Virus record (IMG/VR): IMGVR_UViG_3300033153_002781
Coordinates: 1 to 53,237 of that record
Reading direction: 5' to 3' (one strand)
DNA from: a virus
Taxonomy: Duplodnaviria; Caudoviricetes
Length of the DNA stretch: 53,237 nucleotides
The position numbers and the translations under genes are program-made. This document shows positions 1-10,259 of the stretch, piece by piece. Position 1 is the stretch's first letter, and every line of letters starts with the position of its first letter. Under the pieces are notes generated by a model. The model saw nothing but the letters and a program-made list of their open reading frames with translations, did no database searches and was not told where the DNA came from.

Positions 1-114
1 GAGATACTGATGATTGAGATGTTTCTAATGTTTCAGTATCACCAAAATCATATTTGTATATTAGAGTTCCACCTTCAGGGTCTATTGACTGGCTTGCATC
101 TATTAAGACATCAG
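1..114. repeat. Terminal direct repeat, left copy (circular assembly overlap)
   Basis: 1-114 is identical to 53124-53237 and lies inside a coding sequence that reads through the junction. Confidence 0.97.
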
Positions 115-2551
115 CACCAACAAAGCCTGTTTTCGAAACAGATAAGAATCCTATTGGTATTGCATTATTGAAAGTGTCACCCTGATAATCGTCAACTTCA
201 CCTGTTCTAGATTGAGCACCATATTCATTCTTTATTCTACCTTCTATGTAACATAATTGTGATGCTAAATCTGGAGCGCATGATATCGGGAATGACGGTA
301 TTGGTGAATTTACTAAATCAAGTATTTGTTCATTTGTAAGATTCTTAGCTCCATATCCCTGACCATTTACACGCCCAATTATATCAACATCGTATATTTC
401 AAATATCGCATTTGTCTGAGGTGTGGTTAAAGAACTTACTAATATCATATTTCTTCCAGTATAATGCTGTTGGTCGGCTGGATTGTGATTGTTTGATATA
501 AGTGTATATATGTAAGGATGAGTTTTGTAATCTATATTTTGAACACCAGCTAGTGTTGTATCTATATTGTATATTATTGTTATTACATCTCCCTCACCAG
601 ACAAACCAAAATATGGCGATATTATTATATCAAAATAGATAAATTTGCCTTTATTTATTGGCAATAATGGCGAATTAACACCCCCTATACCGAATGATGC
701 TAGCAACACATGATCAACTACAAAATTTCCTTGTCGATACACCTTCATATTGTTCTGACCGTAATTGAAATGCAATTCATATCCACTTTTAGAACCATGG
801 CCAGGTGTTATATTGTCAAATGCAGTTGTACTTATTATAAAATATAAACCAGAACCGAAAGTCCAACTTGTATCAAATCTAAATATTTTCTTTAATCTAT
901 ATCCTCCAGTGTATTTTGATAAATATTTATCATAATTATTACTTGGACTGGTTTGCCCTAATAGTTTTTTATAAATTGTTGAAAGAGTTGGTGCACCATT
1001 ATGTGTAGTTTTCATTACAGGCGCACCTCCGACACCGGTTCCATATACTGGTGCAGTAGCACCCGATATAGTCCATCCCCATTTACCATCATCTCCTGGA
1101 GCACCTGCAAAATCATCTTTGAATATTATTTCACCAGATTGTTGACCAGCTACAGACAAATCAATAGGAACTAGATCGCCAGATGCAAAAGGTCTTCCAT
1201 TGAGTGCCGGCGGTGCATCAGCATAAGCACCATCCGGGATTGCTACTGGGCATGGTGATGGCCATGCGACATCAAATTGTTCTGTTGTTTTATCTGTTGT
1301 GGCTTTACGATACAGACCCCCAGAATCATATATTTTACCCTTCACTTTGTAAGGTTTGAATCCGACATCACCCTTTATTATCCCACCGGAAATGAAATCC
1401 ACTGGGGTGAAATCATTAGTTTCACTGGCCGTACCAGGCCATGAAGATACGCCTCTGAAATATGCTTCAACAGTTAATTTATCTATGTAATTTTCATCAG
1501 TTATATCATTATCATCATACCATTCTGGTATTATTTCAACCCCATATGGGGCATAGATTAAATTATCGTCTATGAAATCCTCATCCCAATATTTTGATTT
1601 TGGTGAGAATAATAAGCTTACTGGCCTTATCGCTGGTATTGTTGTAGCATCTGCTATTCCATACCCAGTTGCACCAAAGATATCTGACACAACAGATAGC
1701 CGATAATATTTTGTCCTACCATTTGGATAAGTATCATTATCCTCATCATAGTCATCCACATTACCCTGACCTACTAAGCCAGTATGTTCATATTTGACTG
1801 TATCTTTATCTGTGATTGTGGCTAGAGTTGTCCACCCACCAACACCAGTATCAGATTGCTCTAAAAGATAATGGGTGAAATTATCATCGTCTAACTCGGT
1901 TTTATCCCATGATAAATCTAATTGTGTTGAACTTATTGTTTCAGCTGATAATGTTGGAATATCGAAATTATCTATTTCAATTTCTAAAACCAATCTTGCT
2001 TTAGTTGAACCTGCTTCTTTCGTTGCAAACGCTACTGAAACATCTGCTATGATTTCATTTGTTGATTTTAATAAAAAAGTATAATTCTTGTTTGGATTAA
2101 ATGTGAAATTTTCTATATCCAATGGTATATAAACAGTGTGTTCCCACAAAACATATGATGAATTTATATATATGCCAACCAAATTATCATAATCACCTTC
2201 AGCACCTCCAGCTGACCACCCAAAACCCTTAGCAAAATCATTCCAACTATAACCTCTTGGATCAACTATACCATTAGACACACCTTCAATCCATAAATCA
2301 TCTGTTGGTGATTTTAATATATAAAAACCAAGTTGTATAGGGTCGGCATCATAGGCTCTTAATTGTAATTCAGCAGATAAAATATTACCAACAAATTTGG
2401 GTACTTTAAATCTCATAAGGCCACGCATAATACCGCCTAATTGTTGTACACCGACAACATTCCAAACAAAACCACCATAATTTAATGTTGGGTTAGTTGA
2501 CCACATCATTCCATCAGCATTTGTGTCTATATATATGGTTTGTATTGCCAT
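1..2551 (-). CDS. 5' part of a ~1015-aa tail-tip/adhesin protein (DNRLRE-like, FN3-like, PKD domains); continues across the junction to 52627
   Basis: ATG at 2551 overlaps the upstream TGA. Reads MAIQTIYIDTNADGMMWSTNPTLNYG...RGLMRF (DNRLRE-like), LDLSWDK...HYLLEQS...TKYYRLSV (FN3-like), SQSIDPEGGTLIYKYDFGD (PKD). Absent from the ORF track, consistent with running off the edge. I hand-translated the first ~320 codons and the junction, not the whole middle. Confidence 0.85.
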   Translation of the reverse strand, partial: MAIQTIYIDTNADGMMWSTNPTLNYGGFVWNVVGVQQLGGIMRGLMRFKVPKFVGNILSAELQLRAYDADPIQLGFYILKSPTDDLWIEGVSNGIVDPRGYSWNDFAKGFGWSAGGAEGDYDNLVGIYINSSYVLWEHTVYIPLDIENFTFNPNKNYTFLLKSTNEIIADVSVAFATKEAGSTKARLVLEIEIDNFDIPTLSAETISSTQLDLSWDKTELDDDNFTHYLLEQSDTGVGGWTTLATITDKDTVKYEHTGLVGQGNVDDYDEDNDTYPNGRTKYYRLSVVSDIFGATGYGIADATTIPAIRPVSLLFSPKSKYWDEDFIDDNLIYAPYGVEIIPEWYDDNDITDENYIDKLTVEAYFRGVSSWPGTASETNDFTPVDFISGGIIKGDVGFKPYKVKGKIYDSGGLYRKATTDKTTEQFDVAWPSPCPVAIPDGAYADAPPALNGRPFASGDLVPIDLSVAGQQSGEIIFKDDFAGAPGDDGKWGWTISGATAPVYGTGVGGAPVMKTTHNGAPTLSTIYKKLLGQTSPSNNYDKYLSKYTGGYRLKKIFRFDTSWTFGSGLYFIISTTAFDNITPGHGSKSGYELHFNYGQNNMKVYRQGNFVVDHVLLASFGIGGVNSPLLPINKGKFIYFDIIISPYFGLSGEGDVITIIYNIDTTLAGVQNIDYKTHPYIYTLISNNHNPADQQHYTGRNMILVSSLTTPQTNAIFEIYDVDIIGRVNGQGYGAKNLTNEQILDLVNSPIPSFPISCAPDLASQLCYIEGRIKNEYGAQSRTGEVDDYQGDTFNNAIPIGFLSVSKTGFVGADVLIDASQSIDPEGGTLIYKYDFGDTETLETSQSSVS

Positions 2552-2766
2552 CAAATCTCCTCCATCCAATCATCTGGAAGTTTTGGATATTCCTCTGTCA
2601 GTGTCCAATTAACGACATGATTCATATCATCATACACAACATATTTGATTAATCCATAAACTGAATGTTCAAGTTCTACAATGGCTATTTCCTCATTGTC
2701 ATCAACATCTTTGTATATGCCATCAACATCCAGATAGAATCCTTTTCCAGTTACCATGATATTCAA
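2551..2766 (-). CDS. Hypothetical protein (71 aa)
   Basis: Overlaps both neighbours at start/stop codons within the tail operon. Confidence 0.7.
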   Translation of the reverse strand: MNIMVTGKGFYLDVDGIYKDVDDNEEIAIVELEHSVYGLIKYVVYDDMNHVVNWTLTEEYPKLPDDWMEEI

Positions 2767-5147
2767 CCTCCAGTAGCCCCTCTCATCTTTGCTTCAGTCA
2801 ATGCCTGAGTGATCTTATCTGCCAGACTTTCAGGAGTTTCCTGTTCAGGTAATACACCTGTCTGAATTGTCAGATTATATGTATCGTGAGTTTCAATACC
2901 AGTTCCTGTACCAACAGCACCGCCAATGATGTCCACGGGAACAGCACCATCCTTCAACGGAATAACGGCCTCAGATCCAGCCTCGCCAATAAGAGCAAGC
3001 GTAGGTTCTGTAACTATTCCACCATCAGCAAATCCGAGGACACCACCTAAACCTTCACCAAGGCCACCAATGAACTCTCCCGTCCCACTTATAGCTTCAT
3101 TTATTGGTCCAAACACCTTATCGAATTCTTGACCAACTTTAACAATCATATCCCAAAGCCCTTGCAATGAATCTACTAGCAACATTATTCCAATAACAAA
3201 AAAGTCAAGCGGTGGCTTGATATATGTATCATAGGCAGATGCAAAAGAAGCCATTACAATGTTGAATAAATCCCCCAACCAACTCCAACCTTCTATGATG
3301 TCTGCTATAGCTCCTTTGATGGCTTCTACTGTTGGCCCAATACTAGAATCATATGCTGATTTGAAAGCATCACCAACCCTCTGGAATGCCGCCGAAATCT
3401 CATCCCAATGCTTAACCATTAGGATTATAAGAGCTATCAATCCTGCAGCCGCGATAATGATTAAACCAATAGGATTAGATGCCATTGCAATGTTTACAGC
3501 TATCTGAGCAACCTTCAAAGCTATCATTGCACCTATAATGAGCCATAGCAATTCAGGATAATCTGCGAACAACCTACCTAGATGACCAACAACCTCTGCA
3601 ATCTGTCTTATAACAGGCATCATTGATTCGAGTATTGGTATGAATGTGCTCTGTATCATTGGAATCAAATCATCACGCAGAATCTCATTCCACTGTTCCA
3701 TGACTGGCATCATTTCATCGCCGATTTCAATCTTCAAATCCTCCATGGAATTCTGCATCAGCTGAGCACCAGCCGCCGCTGTATCTGTGTTTATAGCGTA
3801 TGCCTCACCCATTGCTCCAGCCGTATCAGTCATTTCATCTGTAATGGCAATGAGTTCTTCTTCACTACCCATGATGGCTAGTATTGCCCTTCTTGCTCTG
3901 ATTTGAGGAAACATCTGGCCAATTATATCAGCTCTAGCGGCCTCTCCTAAATGACCATATTTCTCACCAATTTCCTCAACAATATCAACCAATGGTCTGA
4001 AATTACCAGTTGCGGCTATCTGCTCATCAAATGCCTTTTGTGCCCCTTCAGTGGCTATTTTCTGGGCTTCCATAGCATTGTTCAAATCTGTTGATTGAAT
4101 CCGGGCTTCTTGTTGGGCTACCGACATCTCACTATATGATATTGTTAAATCTGCATTTGCATCCTCTATTTCGGCAATTCTGTTGGCTTCAGCTTCACTT
4201 ATATCTCTTCCTTCTTTCTCAGCTTCACGCCGTATTTTGGCAATTTCCAATCTATTTTTAGCTTCTTCTAAGGATACCTTTGCCATCTCCTCTCCAAGAG
4301 ATTTAACATCACCTTCAACCCGGACATAAGAATTAGACAATTCATCCAATGCGGTTTTCTGTCTTAAGAACTCATCTCGAGCTATTATAGATTCTGAGGT
4401 CATTTCTACAAAGCTTATGCCCAATTCAGCGGCTGCTCTGATGGCTGCTGGCTTTGTCAATCCGTCCATTGCCCTAGCCAATGCTGTTGATGCTTCAGCC
4501 GCATTAAGACCCTTCTTTGTTAGAATAGCCAACGTAGCAAACATTGATTCCATAGATTGACCAGCGGCTTTGGCAGATGGGGATAATTGACCAACGACTG
4601 AAGCCAATTCCTCATAACGCAGAATACCAAATTTAATTGTCAAAAACTGGACATCAAAGATATGTTCCAATTCAGCGGCTTCCATGCCAAAGGCATTCAT
4701 TGTTGATATTCCTGCTTTGGCGGCTGTGGCCGTTTCAGTAAGACCAGCAGATGCTGTTTTTGCGGATAATTCTAATGCGTTCATCGCTTCGGCTGAATCG
4801 GTTATACCTGCTGAAAAGATATCATATAGAGCAGTTCCGAGATCCCTAGGTGATTTTGGAATTTCCTTGCTCATTTCACGGATTTCATTTGATAAGCCTT
4901 TCATTTCATCGGCTGTCTTTCCGACAATTGATCCAGCCTCAGCCATGACTTGCTCAAATTCCACGGCTATCTTTATAGAATCTTTTAGAAATTCAAAGGC
5001 AGCATAGGCGGCGAAGGCGGCTAACATAGGAACAGCGGCTTTGGCAGCTGCACCAATACCCTTTATCCCACCTCCAGCCTGATTGAAGGCTTGGCCTCCT
5101 TGCATACTCGCCGTGAGTATTATTGCCAGTTTGACTTCGCCCGCCAT
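2763..5147 (-). CDS. Tail tape measure protein (TP901-like core)
   Basis: Ala-rich helical protein with FEQVMA...TADEM, hydrophobic NPIGLII segments and C-terminal FADGGIV...IGEAGSEAVIPL; follows the chaperone pair. Confidence 0.95.
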   Translation of the reverse strand: MAGEVKLAIILTASMQGGQAFNQAGGGIKGIGAAAKAAVPMLAAFAAYAAFEFLKDSIKIAVEFEQVMAEAGSIVGKTADEMKGLSNEIREMSKEIPKSPRDLGTALYDIFSAGITDSAEAMNALELSAKTASAGLTETATAAKAGISTMNAFGMEAAELEHIFDVQFLTIKFGILRYEELASVVGQLSPSAKAAGQSMESMFATLAILTKKGLNAAEASTALARAMDGLTKPAAIRAAAELGISFVEMTSESIIARDEFLRQKTALDELSNSYVRVEGDVKSLGEEMAKVSLEEAKNRLEIAKIRREAEKEGRDISEAEANRIAEIEDANADLTISYSEMSVAQQEARIQSTDLNNAMEAQKIATEGAQKAFDEQIAATGNFRPLVDIVEEIGEKYGHLGEAARADIIGQMFPQIRARRAILAIMGSEEELIAITDEMTDTAGAMGEAYAINTDTAAAGAQLMQNSMEDLKIEIGDEMMPVMEQWNEILRDDLIPMIQSTFIPILESMMPVIRQIAEVVGHLGRLFADYPELLWLIIGAMIALKVAQIAVNIAMASNPIGLIIIAAAGLIALIILMVKHWDEISAAFQRVGDAFKSAYDSSIGPTVEAIKGAIADIIEGWSWLGDLFNIVMASFASAYDTYIKPPLDFFVIGIMLLVDSLQGLWDMIVKVGQEFDKVFGPINEAISGTGEFIGGLGEGLGGVLGFADGGIVTEPTLALIGEAGSEAVIPLKDGAVPVDIIGGAVGTGTGIETHDTYNLTIQTGVLPEQETPESLADKITQALTEAKMRGATGG

Positions 5148-5156
5148 CTTGTTACC

Positions 5157-5402
5157 TCATCGTTTCTTTCTTGGCTTCCTTGATTTTCCACTGCCTTTTT
5201 TCTTGTCCTTCCAGCGTTTCTTCTTACGCTCTCGTTCCTGAATATTTTGAATGATGCTATTCACATTCAGGAGTTTGACACAAACCGCCCAGTCTTGGTC
5301 GAGCCATCTATCTGGATACCCACCATATTTGTCAAGTAGGAAATGCAATACCAAGATGTCGTGCTTGGCCGCACCTTTCCCAGACTTGATGGCTCGTATC
5401 AG
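5157..5402 (-). CDS. Tail assembly chaperone, -1 frameshift extension (lambda gpT-like)
   Basis: Open -1 frame downstream of the slippery site, ending just before the tape measure gene. Confidence 0.75.
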   Translation of the reverse strand: MIRAIKSGKGAAKHDILVLHFLLDKYGGYPDRWLDQDWAVCVKLLNVNSIIQNIQERERKKKRWKDKKKGSGKSRKPRKKR

Positions 5403-5908
5403 TTTTTTCGGTTGATGTTTCCAATATCGGCTATTGCCAGTTGCACCCATTTTAGGGCAATTGGGAATAATTCTATTGATTCACCCAAATCATCCATCAC
5501 GGTTTCCAAATCATCATGGTTATCAAAGCGTGGGACTATCTTTTCACCATCTCTCTTCTTGATGGTCGCCAACAGGACATCAACAAGAATATCCATCATT
5601 TCACCAGCGAATTCAGCATTCTTATCATTGTCAGTTCCCTTCATGACCTCTTTCAGTTCATCTTTTGTGAGTTTGGTTTCATCCAGTTTAAGGAACTCTT
5701 CAACGGTCATCTTTCGCTTTTTAGCACATTTTATTATGCCACCATAATTGGCTGCTGGCTTCGCTATGAACTTCATGACTTTAGAAACGATCATCCGATG
5801 TCTTAAGGCTGGCTTTCCGAATAGGAATTCTCTACCTCTGGCAGTCTCATATTCTTTTGGCGGTGGGGTTTTAAGCCCGTATTCATCATTTTTCTTTTCT
5901 TCACTCAT
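5399..5908 (-). CDS. Tail assembly chaperone (lambda gpG-like)
   Basis: Between tail tube and tape measure; ends CGA AAA AAC TGA. Confidence 0.8.
   Translation of the reverse strand: MSEEKKNDEYGLKTPPPKEYETARGREFLFGKPALRHRMIVSKVMKFIAKPAANYGGIIKCAKKRKMTVEEFLKLDETKLTKDELKEVMKGTDNDKNAEFAGEMMDILVDVLLATIKKRDGEKIVPRFDNHDDLETVMDDLGESIELFPIALKWVQLAIADIGNINRKN
5402..5408 (-). promoter_or_regulatory. -1 programmed frameshift heptamer A AAA AAC
   Basis: X XXY YYZ pattern immediately before the stop, with the -1 frame open; this is the conserved position in long-tailed viruses. Confidence 0.85.
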
Positions 5909-5931
5909 ATTATCTACCTCGTGGATTTACT

Positions 5932-5955
5932 TAGGTGAGTTTATCCCCTCACCTA
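5932..5955 (-). terminator. Hairpin at the 3' end of the tail tube gene
   Basis: TAGGTGAG/CTCACCTA perfect 8-bp inverted repeat; no clear U-tract. Confidence 0.35.
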
Positions 5956-6933
5956 TGGGATTGTTGCGTATGTTGCGCCTTCAAAGGATGCCGTTAGGCT
6001 CTCTGATATAAGATCTTCCTCAGCTATTGCTGGCGGTTGACCTTCCCAGACTCCTCCTACAAGAGTGATTCGTGTTGTCCCGATATCAAACTTGAAATCG
6101 AATCCTTCATTGGCGACCATTCGATCATATTCCTCTACATCATGGAAGTCCTTTGTCAGTGTGAGTGTCAAGTCTCTGACCTTCTCAGCCATCTCATAGG
6201 CCATCCTACCTTCCAGACCTCTCCTGATTCCGCGCCTTTGCTCAGTTCCCCGGGATATAGATAGTGTCATATCCTGAACACCAAGCAACTGTAAATCAGA
6301 CGGTGAACCGCTGGGGTCTTCTACAAGGATTGGGTCACCCTCATAGTACATCAGCATATCATCAGCTATATCTGCAGGATCCGCACCGATTGTAACTGCT
6401 GCGAATATATCTGCTAGTGTTTCATCAGGAACAGCAGGATATGTTTTTGTTGTGGATTTCCTGACATACTGGGCAACACAGTTTTCAGTGACCATGATTG
6501 GCTCATCGACTGAGATTGCTATCTCAAAGTCAACAATCTTTGCCATGTTGTATAAGAATCTGTATTGAGCCACAGTAGCGGTATCCCTTTTCATCGCGCC
6601 CTCTGTAAAGAATGTCTCAATGTGGTCAGATAGTGCACCAGCCGCACCGAAAGCATATTTCAGCCTTGCTTGTAATAGAGCATCTACAGCGGCGTATTCC
6701 ACTGAAAATCCACCAATTACATTCGTTCTCCTGTTCTGGGTTATTCCTTGATTCCCTATCCCTCTCTTCTTTGTCCTATTCGGCCAGAATCCATCTGGGC
6801 TGAAGTCAGTTACAACACCGTAATTGTTCAGTGTTGCAAGTGCGATGTTATCATCTGGCACACCACAAACAGTTTCAGTACCAGTTCCAACGACACCCTC
6901 AAATCCTCCGAATGTTTTGTTGCAATATGCCAT
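5953..6933 (-). CDS. Major tail tube protein
   Basis: 326 aa, acidic and beta-rich; lies between the neck genes and the chaperones. Confidence 0.75.
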   Translation of the reverse strand: MAYCNKTFGGFEGVVGTGTETVCGVPDDNIALATLNNYGVVTDFSPDGFWPNRTKKRGIGNQGITQNRRTNVIGGFSVEYAAVDALLQARLKYAFGAAGALSDHIETFFTEGAMKRDTATVAQYRFLYNMAKIVDFEIAISVDEPIMVTENCVAQYVRKSTTKTYPAVPDETLADIFAAVTIGADPADIADDMLMYYEGDPILVEDPSGSPSDLQLLGVQDMTLSISRGTEQRRGIRRGLEGRMAYEMAEKVRDLTLTLTKDFHDVEEYDRMVANEGFDFKFDIGTTRITLVGGVWEGQPPAIAEEDLISESLTASFEGATYATIP

Positions 6934-7205
6934 TATTCATCACCTTTTGTTGTCTTTCCAGCCTTTTTACCACTGCTGGCCGTGGCGTTCTCATCACCAG
7001 TAATCTCTTCTTTCCTAGTTTTGGTAATGGCCTTCTCGATTTTGTCCTTTCGACCCTCAAGTGCCTTTACCCTCTGCTCCATGTGCTTGATAGTGCTCTT
7101 AGGTGCTTTGGCTTTTTTGGCACTATCCAATTCTTTTTGAGCCGAATCGATAAGATTACTGTTTTTCTTTTCCTCGATTTTAAACATTCTTTCTGTTTCT
7201 TTCAT
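6933..7205 (-). CDS. Lys-rich coiled-coil hypothetical protein
   Basis: GAGGTG RBS; stop overlaps the tail tube start. Confidence 0.7.
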   Translation of the reverse strand: MKETERMFKIEEKKNSNLIDSAQKELDSAKKAKAPKSTIKHMEQRVKALEGRKDKIEKAITKTRKEEITGDENATASSGKKAGKTTKGDE

Positions 7206-7216
7206 ATTTCACACCT

Positions 7217-7711
7217 CTAACTTATTTTATTCGCTAGACATTGCTTTCTACTAACATTGATTGTTGCTTCAGTTTCTGAGAATACGAATTTTTCACCATA
7301 CGCAAATTCATATTCCCAGTTTTGTAAATCGCCTTTGTGGATTCCTAAATCTTCCTCTCCATCTATGTACCAATGAGGGTTAATCCTACATACCCTATCA
7401 AGCCCCTCAGTCCAGAGATAATGATCATCCATACTATTTTCTGATGGGTCTTTTGTGTACATGAATACCTTAACTTCTATGTTCCACCAGTCTTGTCTCT
7501 TTATGGCTAAAGGATCCCTTGAACCCCCATCAACAAACACGTACATAGCAGGATATGTTGGTGTTGACTTTTTGGCATTGTAGAATATGTGTCCTTTGAA
7601 CTGTTCAAATATCTTGACACCATCATTATCTTCATAATCCATGAGCATTCTTACCAAACGCTCACAGACTCTAGCTTGATATGACCTTAATTTGATATCT
7701 CTTCTAACCAC
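7217..7711 (-). CDS. Putative tail terminator/completion protein
   Basis: Size, gene order and PTYPAMYV motif. Confidence 0.55.
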   Translation of the reverse strand: MVRRDIKLRSYQARVCERLVRMLMDYEDNDGVKIFEQFKGHIFYNAKKSTPTYPAMYVFVDGGSRDPLAIKRQDWWNIEVKVFMYTKDPSENSMDDHYLWTEGLDRVCRINPHWYIDGEEDLGIHKGDLQNWEYEFAYGEKFVFSETEATINVSRKQCLANKIS

Positions 7712-8156
7712 CCGTGGACACCTCCACCCTGTGCTCTATATCCTCCGCGAACACCTTTTCCATCATCTTTATATCCTCATCATAGACCGCTAAGAACTTT
7801 CTTTCAGGAATTCCTCTTTTCGGAAATCCAAATTGATGAGATGGTGCATAGATGATTTTGGTTCCAAATACCAGGGTTCTTTTACCATATTTACGAACAG
7901 CCGCTGGATGTGATGAGGCAGTTACACTCTGCATCATTCTATTTGATAACTGGAGAACCTTACCGCCTCTGGCTGTCTTTTTCCATTTCGGTCTGCCTTG
8001 TAATCTGAATGTCTTTGTTTGTGATTTCTCCAATATTATCACGGCTTTGTCCCACAATGGAGGTGTTTTCTGGACTTCCTTTTTAGCTATCTTTAATGCT
8101 TGTTCAGCCTTTTTCAAGCCACGAATATCCATACCAACATTAAGGCCCGGGGTCAA
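7704..8156 (-). CDS. Virion morphogenesis protein (Mu gpG/Phage_tail_S-like)
   Basis: F..QGRPKW, VFGTKIIYAPSHQFG and IPERKFL motifs. Confidence 0.85.
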   Translation of the reverse strand: MTPGLNVGMDIRGLKKAEQALKIAKKEVQKTPPLWDKAVIILEKSQTKTFRLQGRPKWKKTARGGKVLQLSNRMMQSVTASSHPAAVRKYGKRTLVFGTKIIYAPSHQFGFPKRGIPERKFLAVYDEDIKMMEKVFAEDIEHRVEVSTGG

Positions 8157-9240
8157 TGTATGTCCCTCCTGAAATTACATTTGTGATGTCTGGTAAATCA
8201 TCCAGTGAGAATAATGCATGTTGACCTTCAGTAGTGGATAACATATCTGTTGATGTAGGCTGGTCCCTCTCTATCCAGTTCCCATCAATATCAAGAAGTT
8301 CTAATTCACCATTCAGCAATGATTTCCAGATTGCATTTACTTCTTTCAGAACATCCTTATAGACTGGGCTATCGTTAGGATCATGACCAATATATGATTT
8401 CCTAGCCGCATATGCTGATGTGAGCAATGCTGTGATGGCCCTTATAAGGGGTGGTGTATCATCACCTGTTTTGAATGGTGCACCATATCCCTCAGCTCTG
8501 AATCTAGCATCCACCTGTGGCATTGCAAAGACAGTTTCAAGACTTGCTAATGTAGAATCACTCATATCATTTAATTCATCCAGATTTGTCATCTGCCTAG
8601 CTTGCTCAGGAGTGCAATACAAATCCTCATACACTATTGTCTCGGGATCCCCTATTGCATTTATTTCATAAGCCCAAACATTATAGACATTATCAGTGGA
8701 ATTCCATTCAGATAGACCAACTTGATTTAAATCAAAGTTCTTTGTTGAATCTATATCCATGCTAATCTCTTGAATGAGTTGCTGGGTAAGGAAATCATAT
8801 AAACCAAGATAAGCCTTTCCATCTTCAGGCACATTCCTTATTGCACAAATGTATTTTTTTGAATCTAATATTGTAATGAAATCAGTGCTTTTCTTATTAC
8901 TAGCATCATCATAAGCAACATATAGATGAAGTCTGGTTCCATCTATATAAATGGATAATGTCAAATCCTCAGCGGATGATTCCTGTGAATCAAAGAATCC
9001 TAGAAGGGCTATGGCATTGTCGATTGGTACGACACCAACTTCAAGAGCGAATAAAGCACTTATGAATTCATTAGGCTGGTACTTCTTACCTAAAAACTTA
9101 TGATACCTCATGTCAGGTACAGCACCGATAGAACCGCCAATGGCATCCACTGTATTCCATGCAATAGATGAGCCGCCTTGCTGAAGCCACCCCATGTTTG
9201 CAGGGTCTTTTGTGAAATCAGATTCTATCTCATATCCCAT
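8140..9240 (-). CDS. Head-tail adaptor (Mu gp36-like C-terminus) with N-terminal beta-sandwich
   Basis: C-terminal YCTPEQ...VDARF...PPLIRAITALL...GELEL resembles Mu gp36-type adaptors; the first ~200 aa look lectin-like. Confidence 0.6.
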   Translation of the reverse strand: MGYEIESDFTKDPANMGWLQQGGSSIAWNTVDAIGGSIGAVPDMRYHKFLGKKYQPNEFISALFALEVGVVPIDNAIALLGFFDSQESSAEDLTLSIYIDGTRLHLYVAYDDASNKKSTDFITILDSKKYICAIRNVPEDGKAYLGLYDFLTQQLIQEISMDIDSTKNFDLNQVGLSEWNSTDNVYNVWAYEINAIGDPETIVYEDLYCTPEQARQMTNLDELNDMSDSTLASLETVFAMPQVDARFRAEGYGAPFKTGDDTPPLIRAITALLTSAYAARKSYIGHDPNDSPVYKDVLKEVNAIWKSLLNGELELLDIDGNWIERDQPTSTDMLSTTEGQHALFSLDDLPDITNVISGGTYIDPGP

Positions 9241-9591
9241 CTAAATAACCCCTGCCTGTTTAAGTCCTATTATAACTGTTGATATGCTTATAATTGCTCC
9301 TAATACTATCTCAACCCAATGCCTTCCAGTCCTAGTCATTCTGGATTCCTCATCTGTTATCTTGTAGAGATGTTTCTTATCACGATGGGTTTTTAGAGCA
9401 CCCCGCACACCATCAATATCATTATGAATATCCTTATTATCTAATTGTAATTCATTCATAGTTTTGTTTCCAGCATCTAATTTCCTATTGATTGTTCCTA
9501 GGCAACCATTGATATTCTTCATGGATTCGTCATACTTGCCTATTAATTGTCCGAGTTCAAATGCACTTGGTTGCCCATCTTCACCAGTCAT
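9241..9591 (-). CDS. Coiled-coil protein with C-terminal transmembrane helix (holin-like candidate)
   Basis: Heptad pattern followed by WVEIVLGAIISISTVIIGL. Confidence 0.55.
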   Translation of the reverse strand: MTGEDGQPSAFELGQLIGKYDESMKNINGCLGTINRKLDAGNKTMNELQLDNKDIHNDIDGVRGALKTHRDKKHLYKITDEESRMTRTGRHWVEIVLGAIISISTVIIGLKQAGVI

Positions 9592-10259
9592 TAGCTCACG
9601 CTCTCATATCCGTTTACTTCTCTTGTATTAATTCTTGAATAGTCATTTAATTGATTCGGGTTCTCGAATCCGTTGTAGTTTCCATCCCATCCAGAAGCTT
9701 CACCTATCTGAACATCATCCATCCATAGATTTCCAGTACCGACATTATGTCCGAAACTCTTGAAACTATCCGCAACACCGGCAGCGTAGAAACCGCCTCC
9801 CGAAATTATCTTGGAGTCATCATACCACATATCATATACGTCACTTCCAAAATCATGCACGATCTCTATGTGATGCCAGCCAGTCGAGTAATTTGTTCCT
9901 GTGTCATGCCATCCACCAGAATAGTATTGGATATTGGCGGATGCGTCAAAATTAATATATATTAGCCATTTAGTAGGATCGAAGTCGCCAGGTGTTCTTT
10001 GTGTGTACAATGCTCTACTGTTATTCGTGGTATCGAAGTACAGCCAGGTGCTGAACCTTTCTGTCGTTGCTGTGAATGAATAAGTTGAGTGGCAGTATTT
10101 ATTTGTACCTACCATCTTTGCACCGTGAGGGGATGAATGATAATGTGCATCATCAACTTCAAATATGTCCATCGGGGATGCAACACTATTAAGAAATTTC
10201 ACAGGTGGACTTGTTCCCTCTCCCTCGCCGTTGAAATTAGATTCGAACAAGATTGGCAT
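9591..10259 (-). CDS. Concanavalin/LamG-like virion protein
   Basis: GWHHIEIVHD...YDMWYDD...LWMDDVQI pattern. Confidence 0.65.
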   Translation of the reverse strand: MPILFESNFNGEGEGTSPPVKFLNSVASPMDIFEVDDAHYHSSPHGAKMVGTNKYCHSTYSFTATTERFSTWLYFDTTNNSRALYTQRTPGDFDPTKWLIYINFDASANIQYYSGGWHDTGTNYSTGWHHIEIVHDFGSDVYDMWYDDSKIISGGGFYAAGVADSFKSFGHNVGTGNLWMDDVQIGEASGWDGNYNGFENPNQLNDYSRINTREVNGYESVS

